This document shows positions 1-10,264 of a DNA stretch of 64,000 nucleotides, piece after piece (position 1 is the first letter of the stretch; each line of letters starts with the position of its first letter). The DNA lies in the IMG/VR virus record IMGVR_UViG_3300024999_000040, positions 1 to 64,000 of that record. The stretch is one strand, 5' to 3'. A model generated the notes under the pieces. The model worked only from the letters and a program-made list of their open reading frames with translations, was not told where the DNA came from and did no database searches. The position numbers and the translations under genes were made by a program. This stretch comes from a virus.

Positions 1-2
1 AA

Positions 3-1259
3 GAAGGTGGAGGCAGTGGAACAGAAGGTTACAGTCCATTAACTTTAGAAGAATTTGGTCAAGGAATTTTATGGAAAACATATACAACAACACCTTCAAA
101 TAATGACTATCGTATTAGAAAATCAGGTTCTACTACATTTTGGGAAAAATTCTATGACCCATTGGGTGCTATAGCATATGAATGGCATCAAGTATCAGAT
201 ATTGAAATTCCAGATGTAACACAAAATAATGATTTGTTATCTCTTTATCTTCGAGGTAATGAAAACATAGAAAACAGTGTTCGCCTACATATAGAGAATG
301 GTGTAACCAAACTACAAAAGTTGATTGGTGAAAATTGGGCTAATGCGTCTTTTCAATCTGGTAGTGCTACTATACTTCTTGGTGATGATGTATCCGTAGG
401 AGGTATTGGGCATCATTTAAAAATTAGCGCAAAATCTATGGGAGCAAATTTTATTGCTATACAAGTCCCTTTTGATAATACAGGAACAGGCGAAATTGGC
501 ACTTCTGTCATGGGAGAGAAGCAAATTAGAGGAGTAACTCAATCTAACGATACTGGTGAATGGTCTGGTACTAAATTAACATACACAGTTCCAATAGGTT
601 CAAATAATGTAGTTGATAAAGTATATTATAGAATAGGTTCAATCCCTGCTACAAAGTCAATAATTATTAAATTATATAGAGAAATTGAAGATTATGAACA
701 TAAATTTTTTGAAGGAGTAATTCCAACTGCTAGAGCTACTGTAAATACTGAAGTTGATCTTACTTTATTAGAAACTGTTGGATTTAATGCAGGATTTAAT
801 ATGATAGTTGTGATGGAAAGTGCTGCAACATTTAGTTTAAAAATCAATGCTGCTGGTACTAGTCCTTGGTTTGCAAGAGATTATTGGGTTGAGCATCATG
901 AATATATTCCACATTGGCATACATGGGAAGCAGGAGAATATGAATCTGCTACTATAATTGTGCAAAGCGGGGTTCTTTATGTATGTCAGGAAGATGGAGA
1001 ACAGATAGGTACATTTACTACTAATTTGTCTTTGGGAAAATGGAAATCTTTAGAAGATGTATTGAGTGGAATTGGTGATAGTGATAGTAATGAATTACAG
1101 TTTGTTAATGAAATTAATGGAGGGTCAATTCTTGATACAAGTAATTGTTTTACATTAAATGGAGGATCATTATCTGATACTTCAATAGGTTATATTTTTG
1201 ATTGTGGTAATATTGCTGATATTGTAGCAACAACTTGTATTGATGGTGGTACTTTTTAA
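3..1259 (+). CDS. Virion/tail-fibre-like protein, 5'-partial
   Basis: The frame of ORF 162..1259 is open back to base 3 (EGGGSGTEGYSPL...). Gly/Thr-rich, ends in repeated (I/L)(N/D)GG motifs typical of phage fibre proteins. Confidence 0.55.
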   Translation, partial: EGGGSGTEGYSPLTLEEFGQGILWKTYTTTPSNNDYRIRKSGSTTFWEKFYDPLGAIAYEWHQVSDIEIPDVTQNNDLLSLYLRGNENIENSVRLHIENGVTKLQKLIGENWANASFQSGSATILLGDDVSVGGIGHHLKISAKSMGANFIAIQVPFDNTGTGEIGTSVMGEKQIRGVTQSNDTGEWSGTKLTYTVPIGSNNVVDKVYYRIGSIPATKSIIIKLYREIEDYEHKFFEGVIPTARATVNTEVDLTLLETVGFNAGFNMIVVMESAATFSLKINAAGTSPWFARDYWVEHHEYIPHWHTWEAGEYESATIIVQSGVLYVCQEDGEQIGTFTTNLSLGKWKSLEDVLSGIGDSDSNELQFVNEINGGSILDTSNCFTLNGGSLSDTSIGYIFDCGNIADIVATTCIDGGTF

Positions 1260-1284
1260 ACTATTAAGAGAGGAATGAATTAAA

Positions 1285-2148
1285 TTGGCTAATAAAATAA
1301 TTTTTAAAAATGGCTCAGATGCAGAAAGACTTGCAAAAACGCCCGATAATGGTGAGCCAATATGGATTACTGATACAAAAAAAATGTATTGTGGGGATGG
1401 ATCTACAGTCGGGGGAAATTTAATCTCAGGTGGTTTATCAGGTGGTAAAACATCAACTATCCATACTAGTGGGGTAGAAGATTTAGTAGTAACTGATATA
1501 CATAATAATACGGAGATACACCTTGAAAGTGAGGGGGATGTTGCTATTGATGCGGCAAATATTACAGACGACACATTTACGTGTAGGGTTCTAAATACTT
1601 CTACCATTGATAACACTATTACTTCATCTGGATTTATAACAACATATCTTCGTGACGGTGCTCACGATGAGAATATTATAACTACCCCATTAATAATAAA
1701 ACCAAATCAGAGTTACATTTTATCAGTTACTAATAATGGCGGTAGTAAGTTCTTAAATATATTTCCAGTAAATCAAGATACTCTTAGTTGGACTTGTACT
1801 GTAACGGCTGAAGCAGCAGATCCAGATCTTTCTGGAGCAACATTCATTATAAAAAATGCTAAATATTTTAAAGTTGGAAGCTTTGTATATTTTGGACTTT
1901 CATTTACTCTAACGGATTGGACAATGGGAAGGTATATACTTGGAAGTTTTAATTTGCCAGTTTCTAGGAAATCTACCGATTTTAGTACTATTGTAGCTTC
2001 TGCTAATTTTAGTACTTATGTACCTATAGAGGTTGGTAGTTTATTTGGTGGAGTGTTGTTTAATATAGGTAGCAATGCTGTTAGATTACCTGCTTCGGGA
2101 TCAACGGCAACTGTAAATATAACTGGCTTTTATGAGATGGCTGGGTAA
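1285..2148 (+). CDS. Tail-fibre protein with Mtd_N/hyaluronidase-type N-terminal motif
   Basis: N-terminus IIFKNGS...TPDNGEPIWITDTKKMYCGDG matches the major-tropism-determinant N-terminal pattern; C-terminus resembles a receptor-binding head (KVGSFVYF...FNLPV). Confidence 0.65.
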   Translation: MANKIIFKNGSDAERLAKTPDNGEPIWITDTKKMYCGDGSTVGGNLISGGLSGGKTSTIHTSGVEDLVVTDIHNNTEIHLESEGDVAIDAANITDDTFTCRVLNTSTIDNTITSSGFITTYLRDGAHDENIITTPLIIKPNQSYILSVTNNGGSKFLNIFPVNQDTLSWTCTVTAEAADPDLSGATFIIKNAKYFKVGSFVYFGLSFTLTDWTMGRYILGSFNLPVSRKSTDFSTIVASANFSTYVPIEVGSLFGGVLFNIGSNAVRLPASGSTATVNITGFYEMAG

Positions 2149-2163
2149 GAAGGAGGTATAAAC

Positions 2164-4830
2164 ATGAGCGATATTCTCCTAAAAAGAGGCAAGGAATCAA
2201 ATCGTATAAATGTAACCCCAAAACGTGGCGAGCCATTGGTTAGCTTCGATGATACAACAGGTAAGCCGAGATTATTTTTAGGTACAGGTACGGATATTGG
2301 TGGCATTGAAATAGGTGCAAGTTCAAGCGAAACTATATCTTCACTACCATCAACAATTTCATCATTTAAAGGATATAAAATAAAAAAATTTAGAATTCGT
2401 ATATCGGCGAATGATCTCAATAATGAAGCTATGCTTGGTCATTTTTCTGTAAAACCATTAGGAGGTAATTGGACGGATGACCCAACAGATTTTGTAATTA
2501 CAAAAGGGGTTAATTCAAGTTACAATCTTAATCCTACAGTTACTCATATGGGTTTTGAGTATGGAGAACATATTCCATGGACTGTATGCAATATCCCAAG
2601 TAGTGGCACTTATGATGGTACATTTGTAGAATTTACATTAAGTTTTGTTGATGGTTTAGCTAAAGAAATAGATAGACTTATATTTGCTGGCACAAATACT
2701 CATACTGGTAAATATCATGCAATGTCTTTAGCCATACAAATAGAATCTGAAGCAGGATCAAATACTAATGGATCAGATGGAATATGGCGAGATATGGTTT
2801 CATCTAGTTCTATGCAATATAATTCTACGGCATCTTTAGATACATCTTATAAATGGATAGTTGTTGATAATGAGTCATATACACCTGAATTTATAATGGA
2901 TTTAGGTTGGAAGAAGATTAAGAAAACAAGACTTCGTATTTCGGGTAATTCGCTTAGTTCTGAGAATGTTAATATGCAAAGGTTTTTATTTTATGATGAA
3001 GATGACAACTATGCTAATAATACAATGTTAACATGGGCAACTGGTAAGTATAGTAGTAGTAATTTAATAATGGCTAATGGTGGAAGTATGTTTTATGATA
3101 ATAGCGCATCAGCAGATGTAGGCAGACCAAGAAATCATAGAGCAGAGGTATTTCTTGAATTAGTAGTAACTTTTAATGATGTTCGTAAGTTAACAAAAGT
3201 TGATATTATGTTAGATGATAATACAGATCAAAATTACGAAATGTTTTGTGTTGACGTACAGTTTGAAGGTGATGTTGGAGTAAACGTTGATGGTTCTGAC
3301 GGTACATGGTATAGGATTATACTACCTAGAAGTATTTCTGGGACTGAAGAAATTATTGGGAATTATATACAATATATAGCAAATAATTTAGAAGAATCAA
3401 AAGAAAATATTTCTAACAAAGTAACTACATTTCAAACCACTCCAGATGACACTCATTATCCTAGTGAGAAATTAGTTAAAGATCAATTAGATTATAAATC
3501 TTCTTTTGAATCTCCCTTATGTTTATATCCAACAGAAGGGCTAGTTGTAGCATCAAGAATTCCATATGTAATAACTGAGGCAGGAAGTGCAATTAGATAT
3601 TCTAATTTATCTGCAAATATTCAAACATTAGCTGTTTTACAAGATGTTGCATGGAGTACAGTAATTGCTGACTATGATACATACAATGGAATTATTAAAA
3701 TAGTTTCAGATACAACTATAGAATTTACTGATGATGTATTCGTTTCATTAGAAGCAACTTTAAGGGCAGATAATTTTACTGGATCTAGTGATAAATTTTT
3801 AAGATTTGCATGGGTGTGGGCTGATAATAATGAAGTTATATCTGGAACAAACACATCGTATATTTTTCCACCAACAGAAAGTGAAGTGTCTAATTTATTA
3901 CCAATAGTAAAAGTATCAAGGAAATTTTATAAAGGAAATAAAATTAAACTTAGGGTCACTGGAGCAGGTTCAACTGGGACTTCAACGGCTAGAATTTTAA
4001 AAGAAAGTACAAAGTGTTATATTTATGAAGTTAATAATACTTCAGGATATGAAAGAGATAAAGTGAGTGTTTTTATTCGTAAAAAATCTGATAGTAGCAT
4101 TGTGTGGAATAGCGGAGAAATTGGAAGAACTACTAATCTTATTAAACGTTCTATGAATATGGCATATTCTACTATATGGGATAAAGATGAGTGTACAGTA
4201 ACTGGTAATGCAAATTCACTTGGTATGTCAAAAATTACTTTGGCTGGTTTGACAGATATGAGTGTTAAGCAAAAAATAATTGGATATAGAAGCGGTGATG
4301 AGTATACTGCACAAATTATAATTATGAACCCAACAATAAGTAAAATAAAAATATCATTAGAAGATTATCTTGTAACTCAGGGGATTTATGCGGAGTTTGG
4401 TTTAACTGGTAGTGGCTCTATTCTATCTAGTGGTACACAAGGAACTGATGCAGGGACATTAGTACAAGCACAAATTACTTCTCCACAAACAGGAATATAT
4501 ATATTAAATATTAGGGGAACTCCTGTGGCTGACACTAGTAGTTGGAAAGATGTAGATTTGCAATTAAACTTGAGATTTGAAGATGCTATTAGCGGTGAAA
4601 TTTATATTGGATTTACCAGTGTAAAAAAAGGATTATATGACATTACTAATAATTATCATTTATTAACTGATGATGCTAATATTCCTGAACAAACATATGT
4701 CAAATATTTAGTTGGATTAGATACTATATTGGATGCTTCAGAAAATTATGAAGTAATAATTGAAGATGTAACTACAAAAGGATTAAAAACATCTCAAAGT
4801 GATGCTGTAAGTTTTTCAACTGGTACGTAA
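2164..4830 (+). CDS. Large tail-fibre/receptor-binding protein with Mtd_N-like start
   Basis: ILLKRGK...TPKRGEPLV...RLFLGTG start; two internal repeated domains (KIKKFRIRIS..GSDGIW / KIKKTRLRIS..GSDGTW); YPSEKLVK fibre motif; RBS GGAGG. Confidence 0.6.
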   Translation: MSDILLKRGKESNRINVTPKRGEPLVSFDDTTGKPRLFLGTGTDIGGIEIGASSSETISSLPSTISSFKGYKIKKFRIRISANDLNNEAMLGHFSVKPLGGNWTDDPTDFVITKGVNSSYNLNPTVTHMGFEYGEHIPWTVCNIPSSGTYDGTFVEFTLSFVDGLAKEIDRLIFAGTNTHTGKYHAMSLAIQIESEAGSNTNGSDGIWRDMVSSSSMQYNSTASLDTSYKWIVVDNESYTPEFIMDLGWKKIKKTRLRISGNSLSSENVNMQRFLFYDEDDNYANNTMLTWATGKYSSSNLIMANGGSMFYDNSASADVGRPRNHRAEVFLELVVTFNDVRKLTKVDIMLDDNTDQNYEMFCVDVQFEGDVGVNVDGSDGTWYRIILPRSISGTEEIIGNYIQYIANNLEESKENISNKVTTFQTTPDDTHYPSEKLVKDQLDYKSSFESPLCLYPTEGLVVASRIPYVITEAGSAIRYSNLSANIQTLAVLQDVAWSTVIADYDTYNGIIKIVSDTTIEFTDDVFVSLEATLRADNFTGSSDKFLRFAWVWADNNEVISGTNTSYIFPPTESEVSNLLPIVKVSRKFYKGNKIKLRVTGAGSTGTSTARILKESTKCYIYEVNNTSGYERDKVSVFIRKKSDSSIVWNSGEIGRTTNLIKRSMNMAYSTIWDKDECTVTGNANSLGMSKITLAGLTDMSVKQKIIGYRSGDEYTAQIIIMNPTISKIKISLEDYLVTQGIYAEFGLTGSGSILSSGTQGTDAGTLVQAQITSPQTGIYILNIRGTPVADTSSWKDVDLQLNLRFEDAISGEIYIGFTSVKKGLYDITNNYHLLTDDANIPEQTYVKYLVGLDTILDASENYEVIIEDVTTKGLKTSQSDAVSFSTGT

Positions 4831-5117
4831 TAAAAACTCAATAAAATTAGCATTTTAATGGAATTTACAAGTCTTGAAAGCCTTGATATAGGCTGATTTC
4901 AATTTTGGTCAAAAACAAAATAAATTATAAAGGAATGAATTAAAATTATATAGGATATGGGAAGCAGACCACTTCCCTACCCTATTCAAAAAAAGGACGT
5001 GAATTAATGGAATACTATAACTTCTGTTTTTCGTGTGGATATTGTTTCCAAAAGATTAAGTTTATGATGTATATTTTAAAAAAATTTATGATGAAGGGAA
5101 TGAGATAAAACGGGTGG

Positions 5118-5321
5118 ATGAATAATTCCACCCTTTATAATTATGGGATGAGTATGACGAATTTATTAATCATTATATTGTTAGTAAGTATTTTGTTAAG
5201 TATGTGGATTGTGTATTTTAAGTTAAGGAAAAAGATGAGAGAGTTTCATGATTTTAATGTGGGAGAACACAGAACGATGCAACAAATGTATTTAATGTCA
5301 AATAAGAAACAAACTAAATAA
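5118..5321 (+). CDS. Small single-TM membrane protein
   Basis: One hydrophobic segment followed by a basic tail. Confidence 0.45.
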   Translation: MNNSTLYNYGMSMTNLLIIILLVSILLSMWIVYFKLRKKMREFHDFNVGEHRTMQQMYLMSNKKQTK

Positions 5322-5347
5322 TAGAGAGGGTGTTAATGAAGCAATGA

Positions 5348-5743
5348 ATGGATAAACAATTTCATAATTTATTGAAAGACAATTTAGATTCGGTGTATGA
5401 AATAAGAGATAAGTATTTTAATGGTTTATCTTTAACTCCATTGTACAATTATGAAAGGAATGAATTAACAGGAGTATATGAAGATGTGGTAAATGAGTTG
5501 GAAGTAAATGTAAATTGTCACATGTACATTTGCTTTGTAAAAAATGACGACAAAATTTATTTGAGGCACTATAATCTTGCTCAAAACAATGGCGGGAAAA
5601 AAAATAATGGTGGGGGTAAAATGAAATTTCATGTTGAAAAACATACCTTCACAAATTGGTATATGACTCTAAAATGGTTGTCAAGTTCACATCTTTATAA
5701 GCCTAGTCAAAAGAAAGATATTTTCGATTTATTGAAAAAGTAG
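5348..5743 (+). CDS. Hypothetical protein
   Basis: 131-aa ORF with upstream GAGG RBS. Confidence 0.55.
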   Translation: MDKQFHNLLKDNLDSVYEIRDKYFNGLSLTPLYNYERNELTGVYEDVVNELEVNVNCHMYICFVKNDDKIYLRHYNLAQNNGGKKNNGGGKMKFHVEKHTFTNWYMTLKWLSSSHLYKPSQKKDIFDLLKK

Positions 5744-5860
5744 AATATAAAATTTTTAAAAGATAGATTGAGCCTCATAAACTCAATCGACAAGAGTAGG
5801 AATCCTTGTACCCTACTCTTCTTTTATTGTTCAAAAAACAAGGAAATATAACATCAAGGA

Positions 5861-7237
5861 GTGGATATAATAATGGGTGGAAAAAGTTCTACATATGAAA
5901 TAATTAAAAATTTTGTGGAAATAGAATCACAAAGTGGGTGTAAATTACTAAGTAAAGAATACGTTTCAAATACTATTTTATATTTCGAATGTAAATGTGA
6001 AAATGAATTTTCTACAACATTTAATAATTTTAAAAATAATAATAAAAGACAATGTAATGATTGTGGAAAAGAAAGTGAGAAAAACAAAAGAAAACAACCA
6101 TATATAGAAGTTAAAAAATATGTTGAAAATTTAGGATATGAATTAATTGATAATGAATATATAAACAACTATACACCTATAACATTAAAAGATGAATATG
6201 GTTATTTTTATTATATAAAATTTAAAGGACTAAAATTGGGCAATATTCCTCATAAATTTAACACTTCAAATCCATATACAATACAGAATATTAAATTATG
6301 GTGCAAATTGAATAATAAACCTTTAGAATTATTAAGTGAAATATATAAAGGAAATAAGAAAAAGCTTTTATGGAAATGTTTAAAAGATGATTGTAAAGAA
6401 ACATTTGATGCAATATTTGTAAATATGGTTTCTACTGGTGAATGTGGTTGTCCTTATTGTGCAGGAGTAAGAGTAGGTTTGTCAAATTGTTTAGCAATTA
6501 AAAGACCAGAATTAATTTTAGAGTGGCATCCTACTAAAAATGGAGATTTGACTCCTTATGATGTTACTTGTGGTAGTCATAAAGATATTTGGTGGATATG
6601 TGAAAAAGGGCATGAATGGTCTTCAAAAATAAAAAATAGAAAAACAACAGATTGTCCTTATTGCTCTGGATTTTATCCTAGTGAAGATTATAATTTGGAA
6701 GTTTGCAATCCTGAATTAATTTTAGAATGGGATTATAGTAAAAATAATAAAAAACCAAAAGAATATTGTCCTGGTACTCAACAATATGCTTGGTGGAAAT
6801 GTCAAAAATGCAATCATGAATGGGAAGCCATAATTAATACTAGAACAAGAAAAACAAGACCATCTGGTTGTCCACAATGTGCAGAATCAAAAGGCGAAAA
6901 AGAAATAAACAATGTATTAACTAGATATAATAATCCATATGATTCAGAACACACCTTTGCTGATTTGATTGGTCTTGGCGGTGGATTATTAAGATTTGAT
7001 GTACCTGTGTTTTGGGATTATAAAAAAACACAATTAAGATTGTTAATAGAATATGATGGTATTCAACATTTTGAATGGGTTAAAGGTATGATGACTGAAA
7101 AACAGTTTGAAATATTACAAATACATGACAATCTTAAAGATGAATATTGCAAGAAAAATGATATAAAATTGTTCCGTATTCCCTATTGGGATTTTGATAA
7201 TATAGAACAAATTCTCAAAAAAGAGTTAAATCTTTGA
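5861..7237 (+). CDS. Zinc-ribbon repeat protein with C-terminal PD-(D/E)xK (Vsr/DUF559-like) nuclease; probable free-standing homing endonuclease
   Basis: Repeated WxC..GHEW...CPYC treble-clef motifs; C-terminal SKGE...LRFD...IEYDGIQH...KDEYC...LFRIPYW. Confidence 0.75.
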   Translation: MDIIMGGKSSTYEIIKNFVEIESQSGCKLLSKEYVSNTILYFECKCENEFSTTFNNFKNNNKRQCNDCGKESEKNKRKQPYIEVKKYVENLGYELIDNEYINNYTPITLKDEYGYFYYIKFKGLKLGNIPHKFNTSNPYTIQNIKLWCKLNNKPLELLSEIYKGNKKKLLWKCLKDDCKETFDAIFVNMVSTGECGCPYCAGVRVGLSNCLAIKRPELILEWHPTKNGDLTPYDVTCGSHKDIWWICEKGHEWSSKIKNRKTTDCPYCSGFYPSEDYNLEVCNPELILEWDYSKNNKKPKEYCPGTQQYAWWKCQKCNHEWEAIINTRTRKTRPSGCPQCAESKGEKEINNVLTRYNNPYDSEHTFADLIGLGGGLLRFDVPVFWDYKKTQLRLLIEYDGIQHFEWVKGMMTEKQFEILQIHDNLKDEYCKKNDIKLFRIPYWDFDNIEQILKKELNL

Positions 7238-7418
7238 TTTATTAAAAAAGTAAATAAAGTAAATTTATTGTAGATTAAGAACACTTCGTTATGAAGTGTT
7301 TTTTGTTGTGCAATAAAGCACAAATAAACAGACTAGGCTTGCAACCGAACACCGTAATCCTTAACGGCTGTCTGTTTATAAAATTATTTAAGGACAATAT
7401 AAAAAGGAGATATTAAAT

Positions 7419-8237
7419 ATGAATGAGTTAGTAGTAAAAGAAGTAAGTTTTAATGGTGACAATTTAATTGTTGTACAAAGTAATGAAGATGGTAAAATTT
7501 ATGTTGGCGTAAATTGGGTTACTAAAGGTATAGGATTAAGTGAAGATCAATGTAAAAAACAAGGAAGAAATATTCAAGAAGACATTGTATTGAAGAAAGG
7601 AAGTAAAAAGCTGAGTGCCAAATTTGACACTGGGGAAAATCGTGAAGTATGGTGTATTGAATTAGATTATTTTCCTTTATGGTTAGCTAAAATTTCAATT
7701 ACTCCATCAATGATAGAGAATAATCCAGAAGTTGTAAATAAACTTATTGAATATCAATTAAAAGCGAAAGATGTTTTAGCCAAAACATTTATAAATGAAA
7801 TTGATATAGATAAACAATTATCTAATTATTTGAATCTTGATGAAGATGAACGTGCAATTCAATATTTTAGAGAACGCAAAGAAAGAAAGCAAATTGAGCA
7901 AGAAAAGAAATTATTAGCAGAACAAAATGAAATTTTACAGCCTAAAGCTGAAAGTTTCGATATATTTATTGATGCTAAGAACAACCAAAAAATGAACGAT
8001 GTCGCAAAATCGCTTTCAGTTGGCAGAAATAAACTATTTGAATTTCTTAGAGAAAAGAAAGTTTTAATGAGCGATAATGTTCCTTATCAAAGATTTTGTG
8101 ACTCAGGATATTTTGTAGTAAAAGAATATACTATTGAAATGGGTAGTTATTGTAAAAATACAGCACAGACATTTGTAACTTCTAAAGGTGTAGATTACAT
8201 AAGAAAACTTTTAAAAGAAGTTGACTATAAAATTTAA
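7419..8237 (+). CDS. Phage antirepressor (P22 AR N-terminal domain plus KilAC/ANT C-terminal domain)
   Basis: VSFNGD...LWLAKI...KLIEYQLKAKDVL N-domain; PKAESFD...GRNKLFEFLR...PYQRF...VTSKG C-domain. Confidence 0.85.
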   Translation: MNELVVKEVSFNGDNLIVVQSNEDGKIYVGVNWVTKGIGLSEDQCKKQGRNIQEDIVLKKGSKKLSAKFDTGENREVWCIELDYFPLWLAKISITPSMIENNPEVVNKLIEYQLKAKDVLAKTFINEIDIDKQLSNYLNLDEDERAIQYFRERKERKQIEQEKKLLAEQNEILQPKAESFDIFIDAKNNQKMNDVAKSLSVGRNKLFEFLREKKVLMSDNVPYQRFCDSGYFVVKEYTIEMGSYCKNTAQTFVTSKGVDYIRKLLKEVDYKI

Positions 8238-8268
8238 CTAAGCAAATATAATAATTTACAAAATCCTC

Positions 8269-8297
8269 TTGACATATCTGTGTATTCGTAATATAAT
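8269..8297 (+). promoter_or_regulatory. Consensus sigma-A promoter with overlapping inverted repeat
   Basis: TTGACA(8269)-17 bp-TATAAT(8292); CTCTTGACATATCT and AGATATGTCAGGAG form a near-perfect inverted repeat. Confidence 0.8.
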
Positions 8298-8330
8298 AGG
8301 ATTATAGATATGTCAGGAGAATTAAAATGA

Positions 8331-8705
8331 ATGAATCATAAGGGTAATAGTATTATTACAAATATAATAAAGATAAAAACCATAATATTTATATTTTTTG
8401 TATCAATAACTTTTTCATATTGTTTAAAAAGTTACATACAAAATAATATATTAATTTTTAATAAAAGCAATGAAATTATCCTTTTCAGTTTATTTATTAT
8501 GATATTTTGGATTATGATTGTTTGCTTGTATTTGATTTATGAAAATAGAACATTAATAAAAGACAATACATTAATTACGTTAGAAAATCAGAAATTATTA
8601 TATAAAATATTAGAGATACAAGAAATTCATTATGATTCTATTATACAATCAAATACTATAACTAAAGAATTAATAATGGATGGTAAAGTAAATGGGGAAA
8701 TATAA
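8331..8705 (+). CDS. Two-TM membrane protein with coiled-coil tail
   Basis: Two hydrophobic segments; first gene after the promoter at 8269. Confidence 0.55.
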   Translation: MNHKGNSIITNIIKIKTIIFIFFVSITFSYCLKSYIQNNILIFNKSNEIILFSLFIMIFWIMIVCLYLIYENRTLIKDNTLITLENQKLLYKILEIQEIHYDSIIQSNTITKELIMDGKVNGEI

Positions 8706-9048
8706 TAACTATGAAGATATTCATGTTGATTTATGGTTAAAAAGAAATTCTATTAAAGAAAAAGAAGATTATTTAAATAAAGTGATGCATCAACATGGTA
8801 TAAATTGTAATTTTACGCATAATAGATATGGAGAATATGATATTTGGTTTACATATATGAGAAAAAATTATAGAATAGAAATAAATGAACAAGAATTATG
8901 TTACAATTTATTAGAAGAAAATATGGCAGGAATAAAGATGAAAAATAAATATCATCTAGTAGAAAAATTTTATGGAGATGATATTTTATATAAAATAATT
9001 AAATATGTACAAAAAAGAGGTAATGTTAATGTTGGAGTTATTGAGTGA
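8692..9048 (+). CDS. Hypothetical cytoplasmic protein
   Basis: 118-aa ORF overlapping both neighbours. Confidence 0.55.
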   Translation: MGKYNNYEDIHVDLWLKRNSIKEKEDYLNKVMHQHGINCNFTHNRYGEYDIWFTYMRKNYRIEINEQELCYNLLEENMAGIKMKNKYHLVEKFYGDDILYKIIKYVQKRGNVNVGVIE

Positions 9049-9517
9049 TATTGGCCTTGTATTTTTAATGAGTAGTTGGATAAATGCATGTATTGTAATA
9101 TGGTGGTTTAAAATAAACAATATTAATATTAGCAAAAAGAAATATATAGTTACTATATTATTATTGTCTGGTTTTCATGCAATAATTCAAAATATTATTC
9201 AACTTTTAGCCCCATTTTTAACTATTATATATTACCCTTTAATTATATCAATAATAACTAGAACAAAATTTCTAAACAATTTATGGATTAATACTAAACT
9301 TTTTATAATTATGTTATTAGTAGAAGCTAGTATTATGATGTTATTAGAATATATTTTTAATGTAAAACTTGTAAAGACAGAATCTATATTATTAACGTTG
9401 ATATATAGTATACCTGTAAGAATCATTGAAGTATTATGTGTATTATTTCTAAGTAAAAGGAGGAATTTTATATGTTTTGGCTATTATTTGGAAAACCGTC
9501 AAAAAAGAAAGATGTAA
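9005..9517 (+). CDS. Multi-pass membrane protein, possibly AgrC-like sensor domain lacking a kinase
   Basis: About 5 TM segments; lies next to the peptide ORF and AgrB-like gene. True start is probably ATG near 9023-9029. Confidence 0.45.
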   Translation: MYKKEVMLMLELLSDIGLVFLMSSWINACIVIWWFKINNINISKKKYIVTILLLSGFHAIIQNIIQLLAPFLTIIYYPLIISIITRTKFLNNLWINTKLFIIMLLVEASIMMLLEYIFNVKLVKTESILLTLIYSIPVRIIEVLCVLFLSKRRNFICFGYYLENRQKRKM

Positions 9518-9540
9518 AGAAAGAAGTAATCTGTAAGTAA
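9472..9540 (+). CDS. 22-aa peptide MFWLLFGKPSKKKDVKKEVICK (candidate AgrD-like signalling peptide)
   Basis: AGGAGG at 9458-9463, 8 nt before the ATG; followed by a terminator; not in the ORF track. Confidence 0.55.
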   Translation: MFWLLFGKPSKKKDVKKEVICK

Positions 9541-9570
9541 AACTAAAAACTAAATCAAAGAACACAACGT

Positions 9571-9600
9571 AAGGGCTATCTATTGAGGTAGTCCTTTTTT
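9571..9600 (+). terminator. Intrinsic terminator
   Basis: AAGGGCTATCT-ATTG-AGGTAGTCCTT hairpin followed by a T run. Confidence 0.65.
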
Positions 9601-9620
9601 GTTGTGCTAAAAAAATGTAG

Positions 9621-10154
9621 GTGATAAAAATTTTCGATGCAATAACTGATACGATTATTCATATTTTGATACGATTTAAGTTAATCAAACAAGATCAGTC
9701 TGAAGCAATTTCTTATTATTTTTCTGGTATCTTATGCGAAATATCTATATTCTTTTTTCTAATATTAATTGGATATCATTCTAATCAGATTTTACCCATG
9801 TTGGTTATTCTAATTATATTTTCTGTTCTTAGAGGCTTTGGTGGTTCAGATGAATCTGAAGAAATTTTTCACTTCGATAATCTCGAAACATGCTTTTTTC
9901 TATCTATTCTTTCTCTTTTGGGAATTTTTTATATGTCATTGTTTTTACAAAATTTTATTATACAAATATTTATTATTTGTATAATTTTTATATTTTTCAG
10001 ATTAAGAAATATTATAAACAAAGGTATGATTTTTAAAATTATATTTTTTACTATTTTGATTATGGACTTGATATTAATGTTGCTTGGTATATATCAATTT
10101 GTAAATGCAATTATTTTGACATTATCAGTTGTTATATTTACAGTAACAAAATAA
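9621..10154 (+). CDS. agrB: AgrB-like membrane peptidase
   Basis: Multi-TM protein with LRGFGG...H....ETCFFLS, matching the AgrB LRxxxGGxH...C catalytic His/Cys motif with a short insertion. Confidence 0.6.
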   Translation: MIKIFDAITDTIIHILIRFKLIKQDQSEAISYYFSGILCEISIFFFLILIGYHSNQILPMLVILIIFSVLRGFGGSDESEEIFHFDNLETCFFLSILSLLGIFYMSLFLQNFIIQIFIICIIFIFFRLRNIINKGMIFKIIFFTILIMDLILMLLGIYQFVNAIILTLSVVIFTVTK

Positions 10155-10264
10155 TAGTCTCTCCCCTCTCCCCTACCTCTCAAATCTAAATTAGAAAGGA
10201 ATGAAATAAAAATACGTTAAATTAACAGAAACGTATTAATTAATCTTGAGAGGATGATTAAAAA

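Noticed and set aside
1285-4830. Diversity-generating retroelement suggested by Mtd_N-like fibres and duplicated DNA
   Set aside because: No reverse transcriptase in the window, and the differences between the duplicated copies are not adenine-specific.
9470-9517. CFGYY at the C-terminus of ORF 9005..9517 as a fused AgrD thiolactone ring
   Set aside because: It is the alternate frame of the RBS-supported 22-aa ORF and lacks the typical acidic/Pro tail; possible but unsupported.
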